Assembly (NCBI GenBank): GCA_008632985.1
Contig: QPGO01000007.1
Location: 434,001-498,000 of the forward strand
DNA length: 64,000 nt
Origin: Psammoneis japonica
Taxonomy: Eukaryota
Direction of reading: 5' to 3'
The position numbers and the translations under genes are program-made. Positions 37,926 to 48,806 of the stretch are shown here, in pieces. A model generated the notes under the pieces. The model saw only the letters and a program-made list of their open reading frames with translations. It did no database searches and had not been told where the DNA came from. Each line of letters begins with the position of its first letter. The first letter of the stretch is position 1.

Positions 37926-38135
37926 CACAAAGATCTTGGATCTTCCGACTGAGAACGGCGTTGCCGTGTGCCGTGCGTCTGTTGCGTTGCGCGTTGCGCT
38001 GCTGCGCGTGCCGGTGCAGCACACGGTGCGTGCGGCACGGTGCGGCATCTTTGCGGCGCACCTTGTCTTTGCGGCGCAATCTGCCTGGAGACCTTGCTCC
38101 CAGCTGCCGAATCGAAAAATTTGCGACATTGCAAA

Positions 38136-39828
38136 ATGGACAGCTTGCCGAGTTCATTTTTGGCATGCCAGTGCAAAGTTGTGTAGATCTGTGCATACAA
38201 GTTTCTACGTTGGTTTGTGCTGAAATGGCAGTTGGACCCATCAGCTCATTCAAATTTGTACAGCGACCCACCCGTGCATGCCGCACTCACAATGGTGATG
38301 ATACGACGGCATTGTTTGCACTCTGACGCTGTCTTGCCACATCGCATCTCCCTTGCCACGGAGTTTTAGAACATCACTGACAACTGGTTCAATAAAATGA
38401 CCGGTCGTGACAGAGTTGCAGGGGTTTTGTTTCGCCATGAAAAGACGCCGTTGGACCCATCAACACGACGTATGTACAATGGTCGGTGTTGGAATTGTGA
38501 CGATGCATTGGCCCCATTTGAAGTGTCTTTAGCGGCATTGTGACGTTAGCATGCGGCATGGAAGACTCAGCCGTTCCCAATGTGGTGGCATGACGGTGGA
38601 GTTGGCTGGAGCCCAAGGAGGACTTGTCAACATGACGCACCGGTGCGACGTGCAATGGTTGGTGTTGGAATTGTGATGATGTGTTGGCCCCATTTGAAGT
38701 GTCTTTAGCGGCATTTTATGACGTTGGCATGCGGCATGGAACACTCAGCAGTTCCCAATGTGGTGGCATGACGGTGGAGTTGGCTGGAGCCCAAGGAGGA
38801 CTTGTCAACTTGACGCACCGGTGCGACGTGCAATGGTCGGTGTTGGAACTGTGACGATGTGTTGGCCCCATTTGAAGTGTCTTTAGTGGCATTTTATGAC
38901 GTCAGCATGCGGTGTGGAATGCTCAGCAGTTCCCAATGTGGTGGCATGACGGTGGAGTTAGCTGGAGCCCAAGGAGGACTTACCTTGAATGTGTTTCTGT
39001 GGATGCAAGAAAAGCAAATGACACATTGGCCCCATTGGAAGTTACTTGAGCAGCATTGTGGCAAACACAACCGGCACGGATAACTGAGAAGAGCTTAAAT
39101 TGGTGGCATGACAGTGAATTTAGCCTGAGCCCAAGGATGGCTGTCTCTGAAAATGTTGCTCTCTGTGGCAGGAACTGCGAGTGGTTGCTTTGTTGTCCTT
39201 TTCTCCATGCAGCAGCAGTTTAGATGGCTCTGCTTTGTGGGCACAAACAAGCAATGCTTCTGAAATGATCACTGGTTGTGGATGTTAACCAGTCACACGA
39301 CAAATCTATGACTGAAGTGGAAGTGCTGGAGCGTTGTCAAGTCGGCGGCATTGTCATCTTGTTGGACGAGCTGGAAGTCTCGTCATTTGCTCTTCTGCTG
39401 CAGAGAACATTGGTGGAATTGAACAACAACTTGATAGAGAAGACATCAGCAATGTTGGTGGAGGAGTTGGCTGTGGTTGTGATCTGAGAATGATTCAAAG
39501 TGGGCGACGCAGACGACCTGACAACACGCAAACAGCTGTGCAGTCCATTGAAGCTACTGACCAGCTTTGAAGGCGATTTATTTTGTCTGTTGATAGACCA
39601 ATCATCTATATGCTATGTGACAATAACGTGTTGGCATTTTTACTCAGCATTCACAGTGTATTAGCAACGCCATTAGCTCTGTCGACACCTCTTCGTGCTT
39701 CGTGTTATTCTCGTGTTGGAGCTCGCAGAGTTCGTGATTTTCGTACGCATGTATGAGAAACTGTCGAATGTAGAAACATATTGAATTTCTACTGGCATAC
39801 CAAAAATGAAACTCGGCAAGCTGTCCAT
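38136..39828. mobile_element. Putative non-autonomous DNA transposon (~1.7 kb) with ~37-bp terminal inverted repeats
   Basis: ATGGACAGCTTGCCGAGTTCATTTTTGGCATGCCAGT (38136-38172) is the near-perfect reverse complement of ACTGGCATACCAAAAATGAAACTCGGCAAGCTGTCCAT (39791-39828); no clear TSD. Confidence 0.7.
38470..39140 (+). repeat. Tandem repeat, ~177-bp unit, 3 good copies + 1 degenerate
   Basis: CAATGGT.GGTGTTGGAA at 38477, 38653, 38831; GGTGGCATGAC.GTG.A.TT.GC..GAGCCCAAGGA recurs four times. Confidence 0.92.
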
Positions 39829-40479
39829 AATTCCGAATCCCCGCACAATCATCGCGCGGCGAGTCGAGAAACGACCCTTGTCACCCTCCAAGATCGTCTT
39901 TGCGACGCGGCCAACATCCTCTGGTGCAATTCAAGGTGCAGGCGTTCTTTCTACTTCGATTAAGAAAAGATATGATGCACGAGAAATGACAAGAAATCCT
40001 TATTTTCAAAGGAAATTGCCTTCTCGTGACAGCAACTCATGCCGACGCATCGCAAGATTTCAACAAAAAATGACCTTTTTGGATGATTACACCGCCTTTC
40101 CTCACAAACAAAACGTCATATAGCTCTTAATAATGATAATAATCTGATTGGTTTGTTATTTCATGTCACTTACAGACCTTCGGTTGTCGAAACAGTAGCA
40201 TTTGCTCATTTGAAGCGAAAAATGAAGCACTCAGAGACCTCGCACGTGCTTTCATCGTGAAAAAATTCGAGCTATTTGTTTTTATAAATTAATTTGCGAT
40301 TCGCAAATTTTGCGTTTCAGTAGCCAGGCACCAGCAGGCAGTTTGTGAGTGGTCGCAGTGTCCATTGTCGCAGGTTTGAAGTTCGCAAATACCATAGTAG
40401 TTCGTGTTGTTGACAACAACCGACCAGATTGTGGATTCGAAGGACATTAATCTTCCCGAAAGACCTCCAGAGGACCACC

Positions 40480-42159
40480 ATGCCGACCAACAAAAAGAAA
40501 AAGTCCGGCAGCAAAAGGGGCAAAGCAAATTTTCAGCGATCCGCCACAGTGGTATTTGGAGAGACAGAAGTTAGGTCGGAACTACCCGAGTGTTACGGCG
40601 AACCCGCTGAGATCCGTCCTAGACCCAACATGAGTGTGTCTTCCGAAAGATTCTCTGAAATGAAGTCTGCAGTACAAAACATGCCTGCTTCAGAACGTTC
40701 CGCAACAGCCGCTCGGATTGCACTAGCATACGATTACATGGATGATGTGGAAGACTTAGTCCGAAGCCTGCAAGTCCGAGGAATGGCAGAGACCGACGAC
40801 TTACCGATCGACGTCTTGATTGCGAATAAAGATTACATGGACATGTGCACAAAACTCATTCACGCCAATGCAATTTCAGATCATAGAGTTGGCATCAACA
40901 GCTACATTGCAAAGTTTTTTCCACTGCCATCTTGTTGGAGCCACGTGACAGACTTGCATCCGTTGGGAGGTGAGAATCAAACAAACTTGGGCAATGTAAC
41001 TGCAAAGGCCTTTGTTGCACTGCTTGCGACCGCGTCTTTGTTGATGGTGACTGGGAGTCTTCAACAAATGTCACTGCGCATTGTTCACGAACTCCACATT
41101 CACGCAGACCGAGGCGACGACTGGCTTGATTGGTCAGTGTTGAAGGACAACGATGCATGCGAAATTGCTCTCACTGAAGCGCAAGTGAGGTTTGCGCTAG
41201 CGACTGTGGGTATCAAGGTAGCCCGTCGACTGTACCGTCAACGGGAAGAACGACAGTTTTATCCTGGCAGCCCTAAACTGAAGAGTGCGTTCTTGCTTGA
41301 TACCATTGAAAGACTTGCTCAAGACCAATGTACCTTTGGACCTTCCTTCCAGATGGAAGCGGTTGGGTGTTGGAATTTGGCGTGGGCCGCATCACAAAGT
41401 GTCGCCAAGCGCGGTGTTCATCCGCTCGAGGGAGCGGCAGAGTGTTTGTACCAAATGCGGCGTTGCATGGAGCTCGCTGATTCAGAAGAGAACGACTTTC
41501 TGAGGGCAGAAGCACGCATTGATGCTGCAATGTGTTTGGTTTTGGGAGGCGATGGTATTGTAGGGTACAAGGTTCTCGGTGGCGAAAAAGGTCAATCGCA
41601 GCGCAACTATCGATCGCTGAAGAACCAGAGACGAAACCTTGGAGAGAGCACTATAGCAAACGACCTTCTTCTTGGATTTAAAGTAGGCGGGGATACGAAG
41701 GAGATCCGTTTAGCAAGTATGGAGTATGAAAAGTGTCGAATCAATAAGGGAATTCCATCTACAACATTGGAGGCGGGCGAAAGCCTTCTAGTTGCTTGGT
41801 GGGAGGTCAACAGGTTGTGGAATGAGGCTATTTTGGGGCCTTACGACTCAATCAAACAATGGGGTCACGAGTGCTTTGTCTTTGGCGAAGCCGCTGGTTG
41901 GGATGTTGTTGTTTCCTTTTTGGAGAAGACTCGCAATTACGCAAGAGGAATGTATGCCAACGCACCCAATCCACCTGGACTTCCAGGCAAACGTGACAAG
42001 GGGGGTGAGTACTCGGAGAGTATAACTTGTGCCACCTGCCGAAAGATGGACAAAAATAACAGAACTTGTTCTCAATGTAAGTCGGTGACCTATTGTTCAC
42101 GCGATTGCCAAGTGGCGGACTGGAAAAAGCATAAGCTGGTGTGCAAGTCTGTCTTGTAG
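40480..42159 (+). CDS. MYND zinc-finger protein (C-terminal zf-MYND)
   Basis: Intact ORF ending CATC...CSQCKSVTYCSRDCQVADWKKHKLVC; basic N-terminus (KKKKSGSKR). Confidence 0.88.
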   Translation: MPTNKKKKSGSKRGKANFQRSATVVFGETEVRSELPECYGEPAEIRPRPNMSVSSERFSEMKSAVQNMPASERSATAARIALAYDYMDDVEDLVRSLQVRGMAETDDLPIDVLIANKDYMDMCTKLIHANAISDHRVGINSYIAKFFPLPSCWSHVTDLHPLGGENQTNLGNVTAKAFVALLATASLLMVTGSLQQMSLRIVHELHIHADRGDDWLDWSVLKDNDACEIALTEAQVRFALATVGIKVARRLYRQREERQFYPGSPKLKSAFLLDTIERLAQDQCTFGPSFQMEAVGCWNLAWAASQSVAKRGVHPLEGAAECLYQMRRCMELADSEENDFLRAEARIDAAMCLVLGGDGIVGYKVLGGEKGQSQRNYRSLKNQRRNLGESTIANDLLLGFKVGGDTKEIRLASMEYEKCRINKGIPSTTLEAGESLLVAWWEVNRLWNEAILGPYDSIKQWGHECFVFGEAAGWDVVVSFLEKTRNYARGMYANAPNPPGLPGKRDKGGEYSESITCATCRKMDKNNRTCSQCKSVTYCSRDCQVADWKKHKLVCKSVL

Positions 42160-42339
42160 ATTCGCTCTATGGATAATCTCTCGAACGAACGAACGAACGA
42201 ACGAACGAACAGAATCGAGAAATAGAGGGAAAGAGAGAGAGAGAGTGGGTCCTCAGTTGATCATCCTGGAGGAATATTGATTTTCGTGTTGCCGGGTGCG
42301 GTGGGCCGGAGCGACTGACTTCAATCAACTGGGAGATAT

Positions 42340-43110
42340 GAAGTATCGGACAAGTTTTGGCAACGTGGATGCCAATGCCTTTCTTGCTCTTCTTGCGACC
42401 GCTTCGTTGCTTTTGTCGACTGGGAGCGCATACTTGTCATTGCAAGTTGTCCACGAGCTCCGCACTCATACCAATAGAGCCTACTGTACGATTGGCTCGA
42501 CTGGTCTCTATTGGAAAAGCGTGATGTGGTGTCCGATTCTGTGCCTGTCAACGAGGCGCAGGTCAGATTCGCCCCAGCGGCAGTGGGCATCAAGGCAGCA
42601 CGTCATATTGAATCTATATCGCCAGCGGGAAGCCAGGGCGTCCTTCTCAGGAAGCACTAAACTTGAGTGCGGTTCCTTCCTCGAGTCTGTGGAAAGACTG
42701 TCTCAAGACCAACATGCCTGTCTTAAGACCAATGTACCTACGGTTCATCCTTCAGATAGAAGCTGTTGGATATTGTAGGTCGGGATGGGTCGCGTCACAA
42801 GGCGTTGCCAAGGGTGGTGTCCATCCTCTCGAAGAAGCAGCAGAGTAATTGTTTCAAATGAGGCCTTGCACCAATCTTGCTGATTCGGAAGACAATAACT
42901 CTCTGAATGCAGGAGCCCGCATGGAAGCCGCTATGTTTAGTTTTGGGAGACACCGACGCGACAAGGGGCACAAGTGTTCGCAGAGCTTTACATCATGTGC
43001 CTCTTGTAGACGGTAGACAGAAGGAACAAAAGTGCTCTCGGTGTTACTCGATATGTTTTTGTTCTCGAGACTGTCAGGTGGCAGACGGGAAGAAACGCAG
43101 CTGGTGTGCG
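42340..43110 (+). pseudogene. Deleted/frameshifted tandem copy of the MYND gene (not TpA/CpG-depleted)
   Basis: AFLALLATASLL, GVHPLE, KCSRCYSICFCSRDCQVAD match the upstream gene; stops and large deletions; CG and TA retained. Confidence 0.85.
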
Positions 43111-43694
43111 CGTCCACGTAGAGTGTGGTTGCATGGTAAAACAAACTATGCTTATGCAACAAAATGGACTGAGATGGTAAGGGCCCTCTACTAAGTAGAT
43201 ATTCATACCGCACCGTATTACGCAGTCTCAAAGTCAGTGGCGACGGGGCCGAAAAAGTAGTCGAGTAGACATTTCAGCCAACAACAACGAACGCAAACTA
43301 AACGCATACAACTGGGAGGTCTGTAAGTGGTACGGAAGATGGCAGTCGTCACACCGAACCATGAGAGAAACCAGTCAGCCGTTCGCCGTTGTACGGTACA
43401 GCATGTCGGGGCACACACTTCTTTTGGATGAATGTGAAAGTTCATAGGGCAAATGATATTGGTCACTAGTGTTTCAAGTGTCAAGTGCAGCATCTTTATC
43501 CGTTTGGAGAGCCGCAGCTAGCGAGGCTCGAAAGCAGAAAACGGGAACAAGCCTGGCATTTCTTGAACGGCATTGGTTCAATCTTGTGGCAATGCTATTG
43601 TACGAGGGAAATGATAAGATTCAAACTTCATCTAATTGTTTACCTGCATGCCGCTCGCAGCAGGAAGATACATGGCACCGAGACCGCTGAGCGC

Positions 43695-44703
43695 TCAATC
43701 AGACTGGGCGAGATCCGTGGTGTCTGGAACTCCAATCTGGCCAGAGTTGCTGATAGCGGCGGTGAAGTCGTCAAGGGAGCGTTTCATACCCCGAAGTTCT
43801 CCGCACAGCTCCTGCGTTGCCTTGTTGCCACGATCCTGTTTCTCGAGCATCTTTTGCATCTCTTTCAAGAGATGGTTGGAGTTGTGCTGAGCGGCAGCTG
43901 CGATTTGTTCTTCTAGTTTTTTCTCGTTCTTCTTTTTCAAGAATGCGTAAAGGCGCTCAGAGACATCTACCCAGGAGAAGGGATCCGCACCTTCCGCAAG
44001 CTTGCCTTTGCCTTCGTCGTGCTGGAGAAAGCGGGTCAAGGCGTGGGACAGCCTCTTCTTCTCGAGCGGGACAACGTCTGCAATGTCTGAATTGTCCAGC
44101 TTCTGTTTCATGCAATCGAGATTCTCGGTCCAATCATCCCATGAAAGGGAGTCCCACTCAACTGCCTCGCCTCTCGCAGCGCGAGTGGATTCTGACGAAG
44201 AACCTGCAGGCCACAAATCTGCCTTCTCAGTAATGATGTCGATTTGTATCTTCAAGAGCTTCTTCATGGTCTGGTTGACCTGCAACTGAAGCGTCGACCA
44301 GGACTATCACCATGTCATAATTTCCTTCCTTCAAGACTTCCTTGTACTGAGGATACTTATCGAGGCCGGGATAGTCTGACAACGTTAGCCCTAGTTCGTG
44401 GTGTAGCTCGATAAGGGGTTCGAAGAGGTTGATATTGAACTCTTTCTCCTCCTGTGAGTCAATCTTTTTCTCGTCGTTAGAATTGACCTCCATGATCCTA
44501 TTTAGAGTATCCTTTCGACTGGATGCGGCGTCGGTGAGTGATTCTGCATCGCTTGAGATGAGAAAGTTGTGGATACCTCTGGTGCAGTCTTCCAACCCTG
44601 CCTCGGTGTACTCGTTTCGAAGCCACGCGTTAACGAAGGTGGACTTTCCGTTGTCTCGATGTCCAACGATGGCAACTCTGAGGTTTCGCTTCGTTTCACT
44701 CAT
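43695..44703 (-). CDS. Dynamin-like/TRAFAC P-loop GTPase with C-terminal coiled coil (frameshift ~44285)
   Basis: G1 GHRDNGKSTFVNA, G2 CT, G3 DYPG, probable G4 TEKAD; helical C-terminus. Confidence 0.7.
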
Positions 44704-44737
44704 GGTGGTGACTTTGCTCGCTTCTATGCAAGGAAGA

Positions 44738-45012
44738 GCGATGCTGATGGAGTAAAACAATGACCTCTTGAACGAAATTTTGGATTTCGTCGTGTCTGAT
44801 TGGCTCTGCTCAAAATTTCAGCATGGTACTACGGCCAGTACAAAGTATGTGTTTTTCTTCAGAATATCACAGCATGTGAGCGATGCTGATGGAGTCGTAG
44901 AACAGTGACCTCTGGAACGAAAATTTGGAGTTTCGTTGCGAATTTTTGGTTGGCTGATTGGCTCTGCTCAAATTTTCAGCACGGTACTGCGACCAGTACA
45001 ATTTATGTGTCA
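44738..45012 (+). repeat. Tandem ~140-bp duplication in the divergent promoter between the two GTPases
   Basis: GCGATGCTGATGGAGT...TGACCTCT.GAACGAAA...CTGATTGGCTCTGCTCAAA.TTTCAGCA.GGTACT.CG.CCAGTACAA at ~44738 and ~44880. Confidence 0.85.
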
Positions 45013-45167
45013 TCTTTGCAACAAGATTTCGACACATGCGCAAGTCTTCAACGCTCGATAGCAGCATGAAAATTTGGGTAGCACCAACGGATGCACAAGC
45101 TTTGCACCATCGTTCATGTTCCTTACTTTTTTCCAAGTCTCGCTGGTGAGCACAAGCTTTCTTCACC

Positions 45168-46913
45168 ATGTCCTTGAAAAAGATTCGCATCCCCGTAGTT
45201 GGGTTTGAAAATGCGGGGAAGTCCACTGTAGTAGATGCTTTACTCCAAGGCGAATACACACAGACGTCTGTGCAAGTTTGCACAAAGGCTGTTTACCGCT
45301 TCCAGATCGTTGATGCCAGCTCCAACTCTAATGTTGAGACAGTTCGACAGATCAATGAAAGGTTCGTGATACTAATGCTACCTCCAGGACCAATTTGATT
45401 GAGCGGTTGTTTCCTGTTGAACTTAGGACTCCATTGTGCCAAGGCATGATGGAGAACACTCAGCTGGAAATTGTAGATGTCCCTGGCTGGAAAGAAAGTT
45501 CGGCATTGCAAAGTACGGGCACTGTTGATTGCATTGCAAGAGAGTATATCACTACGAATTGGAGTGATTTTGGACTTGTCTTGGTCGTTCTTGATCTTAC
45601 GCAGTCGAATGAAGAGGCGAGAGCTCGGAATCGAGAACTCTTGCAAGTCTTGCGTGACACGAATGACGGGAAAGAAATACCCATGGTTGTCTTAGGCAAC
45701 AAGGTCGACGCACTTGAAGATGATGGGAAGGCTGAGGCAATTGACATGATTCAAGAAGACATAAGGTCAAGTTACGGTCCTTCCGCACACTTCATCGGGA
45801 TTTCGGCAAAAGATGATCTGTATTACCGGTATGCGATAAAGCTCAGCTACGATGACTTTAAATCACATTATTCGTACAAGATGGCGGAAATTGGGAAATC
45901 TACATACTCCGATATCGACTGGAAACAGATGGCGAGGGCCAGTAATAGTGCAGGTTGCAGAGAGCTGCTGGAACGCCTTCAGGACCGCGAGAAGTACGAC
46001 TTCGTATTGTCCGAGGATTGTTCCAACTTCGGGGAGCTCTTAAAGCAAATTGATTTCAAGGTTGGAGGACAAGAGAATCAAAGAGAAATTCTCAAAAGGG
46101 TGCTTGAGCTGAAAGCAAAACAGCTCACTTTGGAGCAAGAGTGGCTCACCGGTCCAAAGAGCTTTACAGTATTGGCGTCTCGGATCAATCAGAAGTCACT
46201 AAAAAGTTCTGGGAGCTACACGAGCAGTTTGTTGTACAAGCTGCCTATAAATTCGAGGCAAGCATGGACTTCAGCTGTCTTGCACATGCGACAGGTCAGA
46301 TCTTGGAGACACTTGGCAGTAAGATGAGGTCGCAGCTTGACCGCAATGAGAGTCAGTGCCAAGAATTCTACGGTTGCATTCACAAGAGCAGGATGAACAT
46401 TGCGGATCAATATTTTCACGTAATTAGGAAGAAGTTCAACGCGTTCTTGCAGAAAGTGGCCTCTGCTGAAACTCGCCGACCGGCGGAAGAAACATCCCCT
46501 ATCACAGGAAGGGAGCGGCGACACAAGAAGAAACAGAAGACTATCAAGCATTACCTTGTGGAAGAAGTCCCTGGCACTTGGGCAGCATAACTGCTTTTGA
46601 TTGGCGAAGCATTCTGCGAAGATTGATCCAGGAGGTCCCTCATCTGCGCTTCTACTTCCCCGCCGTTTCGAAGTTCTTGGACGACAGTCTTCACTCGTTT
46701 GGGGAACTCTGTGGCATGTCTGCGGATGATGTCAGTGAAATGGAGCAGAACACGAAAGGAACATATGATGAAAACTGGAAGTTTGTGCCGCATAACAAAG
46801 AAATGTATGAAAAGCACGCAAGGCTCAATTTTGGTGATGGCGGTCTTTCTTGCGTTGATGTACGACATTGGGGTTTCATTCTACATCTCGCCATTCGCGG
46901 ACTTTGCAATTGA
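45168..46913 (+). CDS. Dynamin-like GTPase (Dynamin_N type) with helical C-terminus (indels ~45395, ~46170, ~46585)
   Basis: G1 GFENAGKSTVVDALL, G2 CT, G3 DVPG, G4 GNKVD, ISA motif; consecutive overlapping ORFs. Confidence 0.75.
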
Positions 46914-47023
46914 GCAAGTGCCGCATGAATGAATCATCATAAGAAGACACACCGGGAGTATATACGTATTGTAGAGAAAGACGCAACTTGACCTGATGTG
47001 TTTTGCGTTGCGTAGTGTACTGA

Positions 47024-47310
47024 CAGATACGTTTTCGGGCGGTGGCACCGGCTTTTGGAAGGGAAATCGTAATGTAGATGAAAATCCAAAGGATCCTCCG
47101 ACGATTGTACTGAAAACCTCCACCTAGATCAGCCCTTATCTTTGGGGGGGATTGAGGATGTCACACAGTCTGGAATGCCGGTGGAAGACGGACTTCGCTC
47201 CGTCTTTGTCTGTTCGTTTAGCACACGAGCACCAGCTTCATCGGAGGATCGTCTCCATGGAATGCTCCTCCCAAAACAAGCGTAAACTTCAAGGGGGCAA
47301 TTTTTTAGTA
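47024..47310 (+). pseudogene. 3' fragment of the 2OG-Fe(II) oxygenase
   Basis: Only DTFSGGGTGFW onward is present, with extra indels. Confidence 0.8.
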
Positions 47311-47428
47311 CTTAAAAGAAATTGATGGATAGAAAGTACTTGTAGCTTTCACATCTATCACCGCATGCGTGTTGATGCTATCCGTTTCCCTTGCTGCTCT
47401 GATACTAGTTTCTTTTCTGCCGTTGAGA

Positions 47429-48339
47429 CTAGCTTTTCCAACGTTTTAGTTCGGCTGTTTTGTCACGTTCTTGCGCTGTCATGGGTGATGGCAAACCAGG
47501 AAATAAGAATGCGCAAACGCTTTTGTCGAGAAAGCGATGTCCGTACATGGATATTTCTCGCTTCGAAGCGTCACATATCGTGTCTTGATGTTGCTGGTAA
47601 ACTGCTCCCGCAACGTCAAAACGCCCAACTATCAAAGCTGGATAATTTCGTCCTTCTTTTTCGCCTCGTCTGCTCGTTCGAATACACCAAGAATTCACTC
47701 TCTGCGTCGATCGGTTCTGGTTGAACGAGGGGTTTCCAAAAGGACAATCCCATCGAAGTTCGCTTTTTAAGTCCCTTGAAGCTAACCACGCCTACTGGGA
47801 TCTGGTGCTCGGGAGGAATAGATGACACTTTGAAATTGTCAATGCCCCGACGAGTCGTTTCTTCGATATCATCATCCGGCCGAACTACCAAGAAGGCAAT
47901 CATCTCTTGCTCGCCCTTGAGATTGCTCCAGTGATATATAAAGCGGCGACTCGTGGATCTACCACAAAGTATTTCTGATCATGCCTTCCCTGTCTGTTGA
48001 GAGCTTCCGTTGGGATCCCGTCGCGAAAGATGCCAGGAATGTTCCTCATGTCCGTACCATAAAACACCAACGCAAGTACTCTTCCAGCGTCTAAGGATCG
48101 CAGCGCCCGGACGAATCGGCCATATACCATGGTTCCTGCGTACTCATCAGCGGTGATTCGAACGTACCACCAGTCAAACCTGACCTCTCAGCAAAGTCCA
48201 CAAAAGCGCGAGATTCGCAGGCAGCCTTCAAATCGTCAAAATTTACTTCAGATGTATCATCCTTTAGCATCTTGGCAACGTAGCTACCATAGAAGAAGGG
48301 AATTCGTTCCCTCTTCAGAGCGTATACACAATTGCTCAT
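47429..48339 (-). CDS. PARP/ADP-ribosyltransferase-like protein, copy B (several indels)
   Basis: ORF pieces 48091-48339, 47900-48130, 47616-47903, 47429-47698 match copy A. Confidence 0.5.
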
Positions 48340-48806
48340 TCTCGCTTCCTTCTGAACGGTTCCAGCTTGTTGACGGCAATCTGTCGGTGTTAAAATACTG
48401 TAGAAGATAGAAGATCATCGCTGTGCTACTGTACCGCCTACGACTTGCAAACTTCAAACGCGATGTCTTCAGTCGTGCGTTGCGCGAGCTGAAAAAAAAA
48501 GAGCTCGTAGCACCAGGGTACGATACAGAAAAAACATACAAGGAACTGCGGGAACGATGACAAGTGAAAGCCATCGATGCCTCATCGACTCAACAACTTA
48601 AAGGATCAGCTTGACTGGATTTTGTTGAATCTCGTACAATGCAGCGTCAAGGAGGGAGACACATTATTTTCACTTTGTCCTCCGCGTCCACAATCCTGCG
48701 CAACTGCAAGGAAAGAAAGCCGCTCAACATCCCAGACAAGTTGTTAGCGCTCACAAAATTGCCTTGCTCATCTGAATTAGATCACTGGTCATTCTTCCAA
48801 ATCATG

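Noticed and set aside
38470..39140. CRISPR-like array
   Set aside because: Whole 177-bp units repeat with no unique spacers, there are no cas genes, and the context is eukaryotic.
26400..39600. Numerous overlapping Cys/His/Gln-rich ORFs in all six frames
   Set aside because: A by-product of TpA loss, which removes TAA/TAG stops and enriches TGY/CAY codons; not genuine genes.
26400..39600. Classical fungal RIP as the explanation
   Set aside because: RIP converts CpA to TpA, raising TpA and AT content and hitting both copies; here TpA is lost and only one copy is affected.
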